Virus record (IMG/VR): IMGVR_UViG_3300037634_007329
Coordinates: 1-64,000 of that record
DNA length: 64,000 nt
DNA from: a virus
Lineage: Duplodnaviria > Caudoviricetes
Direction: 5' to 3' (one strand)
Positions 38,461 through 47,632 of this stretch are shown here, piece by piece. How positions within the stretch are numbered: position 1 is the stretch's first letter; the number at the start of each line of letters is the position of its first letter. Under the pieces are notes generated by a model that was not told where the DNA came from, made no database searches, and was given only the letters and a program-made list of their open reading frames with translations. The position numbers were made by a program, and so were the translations under genes.

Positions 38461-38529
38461 ATGAAAAATTGTAACTGTCAAAAATGTAAATGTGGAACTA
38501 GTTGTTCTTGTAAATGCTGTAATTGCTAA
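38461..38529 (+). CDS. 22-aa Cys-rich metallothionein-like peptide, not in ORF track
   Basis: MKNCNCQKCKCGTSCSCKCCNC*, 9 Cys, after A-rich leader AAAAAGAAATT. Confidence 0.65.
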   Translation: MKNCNCQKCKCGTSCSCKCCNC

Positions 38530-40232
38530 AGATTAACCTCGTGTTTCTTAATATCAAAACTTTGATCTATATAGATCTTTTCTCTAACAATAGAATGTTT
38601 AAGAGAATATCCATCTAGGCAATCTATTAGATCCCATATTACCACCTTGTTCTTACCTGGAAGTTTTCTCATTCCTCTACCTATGGATTGTCTTATTGTT
38701 ATTTCTGCTTTAGTTGTTTCAACAAAAACAATATGATGAACATTTTTTAAATCTATACCTGTTGAAAAAGTACCAAATGACGCAACAATAATTACACCAT
38801 CATTTTTTTCCATAGCATCTTTATATTGTTCCCTATCTTCGCTTTCAACGCTTCCATCTATATAAAAAGTATATTCATTCCACTCGTTAAGCTTTTTACA
38901 TATTTTCTTACCATATTCATTTTTAATATCTGAAAACAATATTAAAGAATTTCCATCAAACTTACGAGCCAAGCTATCTATGAAATTTAAACGATCTATG
39001 CTATCAAAAACTATTCCTTTTTCTATGCTGAGCATTTCTCTTCCATAATCTTTATTGCTCTTAAACATTTTTTTAATCTCGTCTGAATTTTTTCTCATTT
39101 CAATATACTTCGATGCAGCTTTATCGTTTTCATTATATTTTAGCTTTATCATTTTTATCAATACATTTGGAGAATGACCTTCATCCATTAGGTATTTGGC
39201 AGAAAGAGTCATAACGAGCGGACCAACTTTTTCTTGTATTTTATAATAATCTGAATATTCTTCTGATACTTTAGCTGTTCCAGAAAGTCCTAATTTATAT
39301 TTCCAATTAACGCATGCAGATATCATATTAGATATTGAAGATCCACGAGACTTATGCGTTTCATCTATGTTAACTACACTGAAGTATTCAAACATTCTAA
39401 AATCCTTAGAATGTTTTATTTTTTCCTTTAACGAATTTATTTTATTAGTGGCCTTTTCTAATTCCTTTTCATTATTTTTCTTTTTCTCTACCTTAGCCCT
39501 ATTCTTTATTGCCGTTGTGAGCTGAGAATCTAAGCATTTTTCTTCAAAGTTTATTAAACTCTGATATGTTGATATTACTAGATTTGACTCTTTAAACTGT
39601 TCAACATCAAACTTGTTTTTGCCACCAATTTTTAAAATATTCCATTCAACGCTGCCGTTATTATAAAGTCTAAATTTTTCTTCTGTTTGATTAACTAAAG
39701 AAATATTAGGAACTATTAAAAGTGCTTTATTGTGCCTATTAATAACATTGGCTTTATTTAAAAAGCTACAGTAAATATAAAAGATTAATGTTTTTCCAGC
39801 AGATGTAGCTAGTTCTTGTGTACAATATTTATATTTAAGAGCTCGATATGCTCCTTCTAATTGATAATCTCTTGGTATTATTTGATTTCCAAATTCATCA
39901 ACTATTTCATCCAATAGTTCTTCTACAAAGGTTGTATACTTCTCTCTCGGTAAACCAAGGTTCATTGTTTCATTTATTCCTTCTATATTATACTCTATTC
40001 CTGTTTTTTTAGAAAAAACTATTAGCTCTCTCCATAGCCCCATTGGAATCTCATTATCTTTACTTAAAAAATGATCCATTCCATCCCATATTCCTCTCTC
40101 AACTAAAACGTTAAAGTCTCCGTCCTTTGATTTTTTAGTAAAATGATCATGTAATCTTCCCCTTTCGCTATTCAATGTCCATTCGCACAGCTTAATACAG
40201 CCTTTAGATTCTATAATTTTAAAAGTTAACAT
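38526..40232 (-). CDS. uvsW: UvsW-like SF2 helicase
   Basis: PRDYQ, LATSAGKT, VPNISLV, STYQS, DETH, GLSGT, FSTGID, QSIGRGMR. Confidence 0.92.
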   Translation of the reverse strand: MLTFKIIESKGCIKLCEWTLNSERGRLHDHFTKKSKDGDFNVLVERGIWDGMDHFLSKDNEIPMGLWRELIVFSKKTGIEYNIEGINETMNLGLPREKYTTFVEELLDEIVDEFGNQIIPRDYQLEGAYRALKYKYCTQELATSAGKTLIFYIYCSFLNKANVINRHNKALLIVPNISLVNQTEEKFRLYNNGSVEWNILKIGGKNKFDVEQFKESNLVISTYQSLINFEEKCLDSQLTTAIKNRAKVEKKKNNEKELEKATNKINSLKEKIKHSKDFRMFEYFSVVNIDETHKSRGSSISNMISACVNWKYKLGLSGTAKVSEEYSDYYKIQEKVGPLVMTLSAKYLMDEGHSPNVLIKMIKLKYNENDKAASKYIEMRKNSDEIKKMFKSNKDYGREMLSIEKGIVFDSIDRLNFIDSLARKFDGNSLILFSDIKNEYGKKICKKLNEWNEYTFYIDGSVESEDREQYKDAMEKNDGVIIVASFGTFSTGIDLKNVHHIVFVETTKAEITIRQSIGRGMRKLPGKNKVVIWDLIDCLDGYSLKHSIVREKIYIDQSFDIKKHEVNL

Positions 40233-40236
40233 TGAA

Positions 40237-40674
40237 TTATCCTAGAAGCTTCTCAACTTCTAATCTAGTTTTTAGACCAAATAGCGCATTATCAACTGTT
40301 TTAATAGATTCATTATAAAAACCTATTTGATTTTCCATCATTTCAACAGTTTCCTGAACATTTGTTATTTTACCTTCGACTATTATCTTTTTTTCATGGG
40401 CCTGGTATCTTAAATTTTGATTAGATACATTCTCCCACGCCTTACCTTTTTTATCCCTAAAGCTTTTCTTTAGTCTAGAAAAATGCTCTAGGAGCGCATG
40501 ATTATCTTCTAATAATCGTTGTCTCATACTCAGAAAAAATATTTGAACTTCTTTTAAATTCTTTATATTTCCAAGGAGCTCAACGTTTCTACGTATCTCC
40601 AATGAAATAGAATTCCTATCCTCTGCAAATTTATCAGATATCTTAGTTTTATTATCTTCTTTAGTATTTTCCAT
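40237..40674 (-). CDS. uvsY: UvsY-like recombination mediator
   Basis: 145-aa helical protein directly upstream of uvsW; C-terminal FYNESIKTVDNALFGLK pattern. Confidence 0.5.
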   Translation of the reverse strand: MENTKEDNKTKISDKFAEDRNSISLEIRRNVELLGNIKNLKEVQIFFLSMRQRLLEDNHALLEHFSRLKKSFRDKKGKAWENVSNQNLRYQAHEKKIIVEGKITNVQETVEMMENQIGFYNESIKTVDNALFGLKTRLEVEKLLG

Positions 40675-40675
40675 A

Positions 40676-41521
40676 TTATACTATCTTTGTTTCTTCTATT
40701 TCTTGTATCATTTGAAAATGTATCTTTGCAATTCTATCTCTTCCTTCATCGCTTAACAATAATCTTGATTCTTCTCTGTTAGTCATAAAGAAATTCTCTG
40801 AAAGTATGGAAGGCATTACTACTTTTCTTAATACCCAGAAGTTTGCTTCTTTGTCTGCATCACCGTCTCTATTATCCATTCTCATTTTATGAGTAGGAAA
40901 TTCTGCTTTAGCTTTCTCATGCAACACCTGGGCTATTTTATCTGATTTGGTTTCCCCAACCGTTGTGTAGACTGACCACCCGTGTGCAGATTCTTTATTA
41001 AATCCATTAGCGTGAACTGAAACATATATACATTTCTTTCCATCTGTTTGTTTTCTTTCTCTATAGATATCATTTGCTTTATCTGTTCTCCATCTTAATG
41101 AAAGATCTTCTTCTGTATCAACAAGATTTATACACTCTATCCCTGCTCCTTCGCAAAGCTTTATTATTCTTTTTACAACGGCTCTATTAAATTCACCTTC
41201 AAATAATTGAGTGCCATCTTCCCATTGTGGAGATCTTTTACCAGATGTTTGATATACTCCATCAATTATACCGCCGTGTCCATTATCAAGTATCCATAGA
41301 TATTCACTAGCTGTTTCTTTTTTAACAGCCGGTTTTGTCAATTTACTTAAAGTATTTTCACCAACGATTCCATCTACTTTTAATCCACACAATTTTTGAA
41401 ACTCAATAACAGCTTTCTCTGTAATTGGTCCAAAGTCTCCATCCACCACTATCTTTAATAGTTTTTGTAATTCTTCAACAGCAGCTCCTATACTGCCTTT
41501 TTTAAGTGGTATCATTTTCAT
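40676..41521 (-). CDS. Endolysin: PG-binding domain + N-acetylmuramoyl-L-alanine amidase (Amidase_3)
   Basis: LKKGSIG..VEELQ..VDGDFGPITE; LDNGHGG, EGEFNR, SVHAN, FWVLR, ILSENFFM. Confidence 0.92.
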   Translation of the reverse strand: MKMIPLKKGSIGAAVEELQKLLKIVVDGDFGPITEKAVIEFQKLCGLKVDGIVGENTLSKLTKPAVKKETASEYLWILDNGHGGIIDGVYQTSGKRSPQWEDGTQLFEGEFNRAVVKRIIKLCEGAGIECINLVDTEEDLSLRWRTDKANDIYRERKQTDGKKCIYVSVHANGFNKESAHGWSVYTTVGETKSDKIAQVLHEKAKAEFPTHKMRMDNRDGDADKEANFWVLRKVVMPSILSENFFMTNREESRLLLSDEGRDRIAKIHFQMIQEIEETKIV

Positions 41522-41533
41522 AATTATTTTTTG

Positions 41534-41866
41534 TTATTTTTTTAAAAGGTGTTTAATTTTTTCAAAAGACTCTTTATCTTTTGGTTTAAATTTTAATTCC
41601 ATAAATTCTAATATCAAAACAATATCATCTATTGTTTTAATAGCAGACGCATCCACGTCATATCCTAAATCCACAGAAGCAATATTTTCGATTTTTGAAT
41701 TGATCGTAGTTGTTTCAAACTTTTTACCAGTTTGTTCAGATTTGAAGTCTTTTCTCATATTTGAAGTCACTTCACTCGGTTTTCTATCTTCTTTTTTATC
41801 AAAATGAATGGACTTTTCAAAATTCATACCAGTCCACCCTTCCTTTACGCCTTTATGTTTACTCAT
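41534..41866 (-). CDS. Hypothetical protein
   Basis: 110-aa ORF. Confidence 0.55.
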   Translation of the reverse strand: MSKHKGVKEGWTGMNFEKSIHFDKKEDRKPSEVTSNMRKDFKSEQTGKKFETTTINSKIENIASVDLGYDVDASAIKTIDDIVLILEFMELKFKPKDKESFEKIKHLLKK

Positions 41867-41896
41867 AATGTTTAATTTTTTAAATCTTATACTGTA

Positions 41897-42361
41897 TTAG
41901 GCTAAAAAGTTTATAAATTTATATAAAATTGATCCCATTTTATAATAATCTTGTCCTTCAACTTGATCTATAGATAGAGTATCTACTATTTCATTGGCGA
42001 TGACATTAGTTTTACCAGATTTATCAGTGACTTTAATATCCTCTCTTCCATCTGTTCCAACAAGTGTATTTAATATCATATATTTTTTAAAATCTTCTTT
42101 CTCTATATTTAGTTTACGCTTAATAAAAATAGAAGGAAAAACATATTCTTTACCATTCCAAAATGAACAGTATAGTTGTTTTATATAATCATATGAAGTA
42201 TCATCTATAAACCTGGAATATCCTCCAATGTTTTTAAAGTTAATAATAGTAAAATCCTTTTGTGATTGAACGGTATCGCGAATATCTGACCACGTTCCAC
42301 TTGTTTCCTCTCTTATTTCTTTACTCGTAGAAAAATCTTCAAATAATTTAATATGTTTCAT
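41897..42361 (-). CDS. Putative internal head protein
   Basis: MKHIKLFEDF; ATAAATA upstream on minus strand (42381..42387). Confidence 0.55.
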   Translation of the reverse strand: MKHIKLFEDFSTSKEIREETSGTWSDIRDTVQSQKDFTIINFKNIGGYSRFIDDTSYDYIKQLYCSFWNGKEYVFPSIFIKRKLNIEKEDFKKYMILNTLVGTDGREDIKVTDKSGKTNVIANEIVDTLSIDQVEGQDYYKMGSILYKFINFLA

Positions 42362-42417
42362 ATATAATAAAACTTTTTATTATTTATTTTGTAAAAAATA
42401 ATAAATTTGTAATAATA

Positions 42418-43038
42418 ATGATAATTCTTATAGAAGGTCCTAGGTCATCTGGTAAAACTCATCTCATTGGTGAATTAAGAAACCATATTAAAATGTCTAA
42501 TTTAAAAGACGATCTTGATATGGAAATAGTTTTTTATAAATATGGATTCGTTGAACATATTAAATCTCTTAACATGGAAGATCAAGAGAGCGGAGCAGGT
42601 TTTCATTATTTTACAATATCTAATACTTTAACGATTCTAGAATTACAAAAAATATTAATACAAGATAAGGTGTTTATCTTTGATAGAGGAGTTTTCTCAG
42701 CCTATGCATGGTCTATTTTTAGAAAAAGATTAAATGAAGCTAGATTAAGAAATGAAATAAAAAGCCTATTAGATAATGTATTATATTCTAATTGTCACAT
42801 AATATATGTAACAACTGAGATTCCTGAAAAAAGAGAAGCTAAAGATATGTTTGATTCATATGAAAACTATGAAAAAGAAAACATTCTATTTAGAGAAATT
42901 TTTAAAGATAATATTAAAAGCATAACGTCTTCTGAAAAGAACAATAGCTTAACATATTTTGAAAATAAAATGGATAGGTTGAGCGAATGCCTATTTTCTA
43001 AAACACTAATAAATATAATAGAAACACATAAAATTTAA
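42418..43038 (+). CDS. Nucleoside monophosphate (thymidylate-like) kinase
   Basis: IILIEGPRSSGKT P-loop; IFDRG. Confidence 0.7.
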   Translation: MIILIEGPRSSGKTHLIGELRNHIKMSNLKDDLDMEIVFYKYGFVEHIKSLNMEDQESGAGFHYFTISNTLTILELQKILIQDKVFIFDRGVFSAYAWSIFRKRLNEARLRNEIKSLLDNVLYSNCHIIYVTTEIPEKREAKDMFDSYENYEKENILFREIFKDNIKSITSSEKNNSLTYFENKMDRLSECLFSKTLINIIETHKI

Positions 43039-43046
43039 TATAAATA
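43039..43046 (+). promoter_or_regulatory. T4-type late promoter-like TATAAATA
   Basis: 19 nt before a tagged gene (43066). Confidence 0.5.
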
Positions 43047-43065
43047 AAATAAAATATTTTTATTA

Positions 43066-43629
43066 ATGAAAAACTATATTACTAAGTATACTGATTTTTT
43101 ATTTGAAAAAAAGGACGAACCTGGTTTAAAGGGAATTCCCTCTGATAATATGATTAAGAAAATAGAATCAATAATGGAGGTTCTTCCCAATGACATAGAA
43201 TTTGGAGTACCCTCAGATAATTTGGGACAGTCTACTTCATATAAAAATGCATCAGATGCTATTCAAAGAATAAAAGACATCACTCACTATTATCAAAAAA
43301 GAAAACAGGAAGTTAAATTTTATTGTTGGTCTGTTACTTTCACTGGACCTTGGAATGCAACACAAGAATTAGAAGATCAAATGGTAGAAGAAGATGGACT
43401 ATATCATGAAAATAAGCAAAAATATGGAAAGATAGATTTAATAAAGGTAAAGGAATATATTGAAGCTAATCCAGAAGAAGCCGGTGAATTTAAAAGTTTT
43501 TCTATTTCATTAGACAGTAATGCGTCTAGAAACTATGGAATAAAACTATCTGAACTTAAAGACGACGATAAAGAAGAAGAAACCAAAGAGGTTAAAATTG
43601 AGAAGAAAGAAGAAATAGAAGAAAAATAA
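43066..43629 (+). CDS. Putative internal head protein
   Basis: MKNYITKYTDFLFE. Confidence 0.55.
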   Translation: MKNYITKYTDFLFEKKDEPGLKGIPSDNMIKKIESIMEVLPNDIEFGVPSDNLGQSTSYKNASDAIQRIKDITHYYQKRKQEVKFYCWSVTFTGPWNATQELEDQMVEEDGLYHENKQKYGKIDLIKVKEYIEANPEEAGEFKSFSISLDSNASRNYGIKLSELKDDDKEEETKEVKIEKKEEIEEK

Positions 43630-43654
43630 AACGATTAAACTTTAATTTACAACA

Positions 43655-45514
43655 ATGGCAGGAATAAGACATTTGAAAGACGTTTATGAAAAAAAAGGAA
43701 AGGCTTTTTTAAACAAATTATTAAACGACTATGTAATAGTTAACGAAAAAGTTAATGGTAATCATTTTGGGTTTAAGAAGAATAGATCTGATGATACTTT
43801 TAAATTTTTCAATAAGAGAAACGAAATATCATATATAGATAGAGTTCTCAGTAGACTATATAATCAACCCATTTCCCATTTAACATCTTTAACAGAAAAG
43901 GAAGTTCAAAGAATTCCATCTAATTTATACTTTGGATTTGAATACATTCCTCACACAGACGTTGCTGTTGAAGAATATGGAAGGCTTCCTAAAAATGGTC
44001 TCATACTAAACTTTATACACCAACTTGATGAAAATGGCGATGTTGAAAAAACAATACAAACAAAAGAGCAATTAGATAAATGGGCAGATATACTTAACGT
44101 AAATGGACCAACTATAGTATTTGAAGGAAACTTAAATGATGATCAAAAGAATGAAATACAAGATTTCATATATTCACCAGAAAAAGATTTATTAGAAAAA
44201 TTCAAGACTACTTCTTTAATTAAACACATAGTATCCGTATTAAATCCTCAATTGAAAGAAAGCTTTTTAGAAAACAGTATAGTTAAAGACACTAATGGAT
44301 TAGTTTTTAGATTTTATGACGAAAACATAGAAGATCCAGACGGAATGGTATTTTTAGCAAAGGTAATAGATCCTATTTTTAAAAAAATGTCAGAAGAAAG
44401 ACAAGGTTCTGAAAACTCCAATAAAGCAGAAGACTATACTTGGTTAATCGTAAGTGACTTAATGAATTTTATAGAATCATATGACTTAAAAACAATAAGC
44501 AATTGGAAGATACATGGAGATACATATGAAGAGCGTTATATAAAATTTATAAACAAAGTATTTAAAGACTTCATAGATAGATTTAAAAATAAATATGAAG
44601 GATTAGAATTAAATAAACCAGATTTTTTAAATGATGAAACATTTAATTTAAACATGGATTTAATAGAAGATCCATATGTACTTGATTTAATAAAATCTAG
44701 CGATACATATAAAGAAATATACAAGATTTTATTAAACTTCTTTAGAAAAAAGAGAAAGAAATCTAATTCACCATTTTTCAACAAAAAAATGATAGGTCAA
44801 TTAAACCTAATTGTTGATAAAATAAAGAAAATGTTATTTAAGGAGGAAGTATTCGAAGGATTTTTTCCAACGTTTAATGAATACGTAGGAGAGTCTGGTG
44901 AATTTACACCGCTTACTATTGATGGGTTCAGCAAGAATAAAAAAGCTATAGAGAAACCAAAAAAAGTTAATTTATTAGTTGGTAAATTTCAACCGCTGCA
45001 CCTTGGTCACATAAAGGCGATAGAAAAACTTAAGTCAAAAAATAATTTACCAACTGTTATTGTTTCAATAATTAAAGATTCTAGAAATAAAACTAATCCT
45101 TTTTCTGAGAGTCAAATAAAAAGCATTTTAAATAAAGTAGAACAGGAATACGGTGATTTAATTGAAAAAATAATTGTAGTTAAGAGAGGATCATTTGATG
45201 AAATACTCGGTTCTCTTAAACCTAGGTATATACCTATATTATGGGGAACTGGTAAAAAACAATTAAATAACCACGCTTTACAATTAAACTACTTAAAGAA
45301 AAAGCACCCTTCTTTAGATTTAAATAAAGATTTCAAATTGGTAGAAATACCAAAGTATCAATCATCTTCTGATTTAAGAAACATAATAAGAGATGAAAAC
45401 TTTTCTGAATTTAAGAGATTGGTTCCACAATCAATATCTTCAGAGTTCTATAATCTTAAAAGAGAAATGGATGAATCTTTAAACGAATCCACTACTTCAG
45501 ATATAGAAGATTAA
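43655..45514 (+). CDS. Fusion: ligase-like covalent nucleotidyltransferase + HxGH cytidylyl/NMN-adenylyltransferase-like domain
   Basis: EKVNG (motif I), FGFEY, NGLVFR, LAKV; C-terminal GKFQPLHLGH, NPF, SSSDLR. Confidence 0.65.
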   Translation: MAGIRHLKDVYEKKGKAFLNKLLNDYVIVNEKVNGNHFGFKKNRSDDTFKFFNKRNEISYIDRVLSRLYNQPISHLTSLTEKEVQRIPSNLYFGFEYIPHTDVAVEEYGRLPKNGLILNFIHQLDENGDVEKTIQTKEQLDKWADILNVNGPTIVFEGNLNDDQKNEIQDFIYSPEKDLLEKFKTTSLIKHIVSVLNPQLKESFLENSIVKDTNGLVFRFYDENIEDPDGMVFLAKVIDPIFKKMSEERQGSENSNKAEDYTWLIVSDLMNFIESYDLKTISNWKIHGDTYEERYIKFINKVFKDFIDRFKNKYEGLELNKPDFLNDETFNLNMDLIEDPYVLDLIKSSDTYKEIYKILLNFFRKKRKKSNSPFFNKKMIGQLNLIVDKIKKMLFKEEVFEGFFPTFNEYVGESGEFTPLTIDGFSKNKKAIEKPKKVNLLVGKFQPLHLGHIKAIEKLKSKNNLPTVIVSIIKDSRNKTNPFSESQIKSILNKVEQEYGDLIEKIIVVKRGSFDEILGSLKPRYIPILWGTGKKQLNNHALQLNYLKKKHPSLDLNKDFKLVEIPKYQSSSDLRNIIRDENFSEFKRLVPQSISSEFYNLKREMDESLNESTTSDIED

Positions 45515-45578
45515 TTAACGCTCCCATGCTTTTAAGTTACTTAAATTAAGATAAATAAATTAAATTAATATCTTAAGT

Positions 45579-46004
45579 ATGAGTAAACCTAAAAAAACAA
45601 ATAGCTCTTGGAAAAACTATGTAGATTATTATAAACATAGAATGACAGGAAAAGGAAAACCTACTAAACTGGAGAACGCCGTTCTACAACACCCTGACGA
45701 ATCTAGTAATTCCATATATAATTACTTACAATCTAAGAAAAAAAGAAACCTATGGACTGTTAATTTTGAACAATTTCAGAAATTAGGATTAAATGAATCT
45801 AACGATTGGTGGGATTTCGACTGGGATAGCGCACTAAGAGGAGAAGGAGAAGGAAATGATAATAAATGGAATAGCTTAGAGAAAGACGTTAAAGGTATAG
45901 TAGATAAATATCAAAACGATTTTGGAGTAGATTCATATGGAATAATTGATGCAATTCACCAAGTAGTGGACGGAATGGTACAAAGAGTAGATAAAGGAGA
46001 ATAA
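45579..46004 (+). CDS. Hypothetical protein with internal tag-like motif
   Basis: VNFEQFQKLGLNES mid-protein; ATAAATA upstream. Confidence 0.5.
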   Translation: MSKPKKTNSSWKNYVDYYKHRMTGKGKPTKLENAVLQHPDESSNSIYNYLQSKKKRNLWTVNFEQFQKLGLNESNDWWDFDWDSALRGEGEGNDNKWNSLEKDVKGIVDKYQNDFGVDSYGIIDAIHQVVDGMVQRVDKGE

Positions 46005-46018
46005 AAAAATAAATTAAA

Positions 46019-46489
46019 ATGAAAAACATTAAAGACTTTAAAGAATTTACAATTAACGAATCTGAAGATGCACCGTTTATTAAAAGAAAGGTGAAAGATG
46101 AACATGCTGCAGAAGATCATTTAGAAAACGAAGGAGTCATGTGGACTGATTTTGATTTCAATCACCCAGACGGTGTAGGTTTTAAAGATGGTGACAACAC
46201 CGTTGCTCACTATGATAAAAACGATGGCCATCTTCATATATATGCAGATCCAGCAGATAGCTTTGGACAAGATGAAGTTAGTAAAATGGATAATGAAGTT
46301 AAGGATAAAGACAATAGTATGAAAAAATATTATAAAGAAGACGGAGAAGGAGATGGAAGCGACACTAGTGATACTGAAGAATATGATGAAGAAGGAAACT
46401 ATATAGGAAGTGCCGATGATGCAGATGATGATTGGGAAAATGAAAACAGCTGGCAATTAGAAGATTTACCATTTGATGATGAAGTTTAA
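46019..46489 (+). CDS. Putative internal head protein (very acidic)
   Basis: MKNIKDFKEFTINES. Confidence 0.55.
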   Translation: MKNIKDFKEFTINESEDAPFIKRKVKDEHAAEDHLENEGVMWTDFDFNHPDGVGFKDGDNTVAHYDKNDGHLHIYADPADSFGQDEVSKMDNEVKDKDNSMKKYYKEDGEGDGSDTSDTEEYDEEGNYIGSADDADDDWENENSWQLEDLPFDDEV

Positions 46490-46727
46490 AACAAATAAGA
46501 AGAAGGTAGAAGAAGACATGGTCATGGGTGCACCTATGGATTCATCGGGTACTCCGGGAACTGCATTTGATGTACCACAATCTGTTCCAGGTGGAATGGA
46601 CACGTTTGCATTATTAGGGCCAGGTGGAACTGGTAAAAATCCTAGGAAAAAAAAGAAGAAAAAGAAATCTAATGAAAAAAGAAACTATATTCTTTCATTT
46701 TCAGATTTTTTTAAAACAAAAAAATAA
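46473..46727 (+). CDS. Small protein with poly-Lys and C-terminal tag-like motif
   Basis: RKKKKKKK; ends NEKRNYILSFSDFFKTKK. Confidence 0.5.
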   Translation: MMMKFKTNKKKVEEDMVMGAPMDSSGTPGTAFDVPQSVPGGMDTFALLGPGGTGKNPRKKKKKKKSNEKRNYILSFSDFFKTKK

Positions 46728-46738
46728 ACACATATAAA

Positions 46739-47146
46739 ATGGAAAAAGTAAAAAGTATATTAATGAGCATATGTAATGGAATAATATCCTCATTAAAATG
46801 GTCATGGAATAAAATTAAACAATTATTCACATGGATACTTTCAAACACGACAATTGATGAAAAAGTTGTTGAAAAAACTAATAAAATAAAAAAAGAAGTT
46901 AAGGAAAGAACTGAGCGAATCAAAGAAGAATTATCTGATGTAAAAGATTCTTTAAAGGAAGTTGGAAATCAAGCAGAAGATGTAATTGATGCAGCTAAGG
47001 GTAAAAAAAGAAAAGGTAGGCCCAAGGGTAAAACAACGACCGCTAAGAAAAAGACTACTAAAAAGGCAACTACTAAGAAAAAAACTACTAAAAAAGTAGC
47101 TGTTAAAAAAGAAACATCTAAAAAACACAAGGACGATAACGCCTAA
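46739..47146 (+). CDS. Coiled-coil protein with histone-H1-like Lys/Thr/Ala tail
   Basis: KKRKGRPKGKTTTAKKKTTKKATTKKKTTKK. Confidence 0.55.
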   Translation: MEKVKSILMSICNGIISSLKWSWNKIKQLFTWILSNTTIDEKVVEKTNKIKKEVKERTERIKEELSDVKDSLKEVGNQAEDVIDAAKGKKRKGRPKGKTTTAKKKTTKKATTKKKTTKKVAVKKETSKKHKDDNA

Positions 47147-47151
47147 ACGAT

Positions 47152-47421
47152 ATGAAACTAATAAGCGACATGTTAAAGGAAAGAGGCAAGTGGTCACAGG
47201 GAAGAGTATATCTCCTTTGGTCAGTTATAGCATATTATATAACACTCGGTATTTTATTAGGAGGCGGTCTTCATAAAAAGAGCGATTTAGATATGGAAAA
47301 ATTTCATATAATAATAGATGCACTTGAATACGCAATGGTACTGTTTGGAGGATATGTATTTGGCGGCAAAGCACTGGAGATGATAAAAGTAATAGGAGTA
47401 AAAAGAACTCAAAATAAATAA
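47152..47421 (+). CDS. Two-TM membrane protein (holin-like)
   Basis: GKWSQGRVYLLW...; two hydrophobic helices, 89 aa. Confidence 0.5.
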   Translation: MKLISDMLKERGKWSQGRVYLLWSVIAYYITLGILLGGGLHKKSDLDMEKFHIIIDALEYAMVLFGGYVFGGKALEMIKVIGVKRTQNK

Positions 47422-47428
47422 TTAAAAT

Positions 47429-47632
47429 ATGAAAGTGGCAAATAATACGTTTATTTACAAAACAATAAAAGATTCTAATGAAAATGTAGTGAGGTGTAAA
47501 AAGACAGAAAAAGTATATTTAAACACCACCGAAAATAGAATAGATATATTAGAAAAAAATATAGATTTATTACATGATACTATTGTAAATATGTTGAAGA
47601 GATTAAAAAAATTAGAAGATAATGGAAAATAA
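47429..47632 (+). CDS. Hypothetical protein
   Basis: 67-aa ORF with C-terminal coiled coil. Confidence 0.5.
   Translation: MKVANNTFIYKTIKDSNENVVRCKKTEKVYLNTTENRIDILEKNIDLLHDTIVNMLKRLKKLEDNGK

Noticed and set aside
42402-42409. Bacteroidota -7 promoter element TAAATTTG before the kinase gene
   Set aside because: The nearest upstream TTTG is only 10 nt away rather than the usual ~19-21, so a single short match in AT-rich DNA is insufficient.
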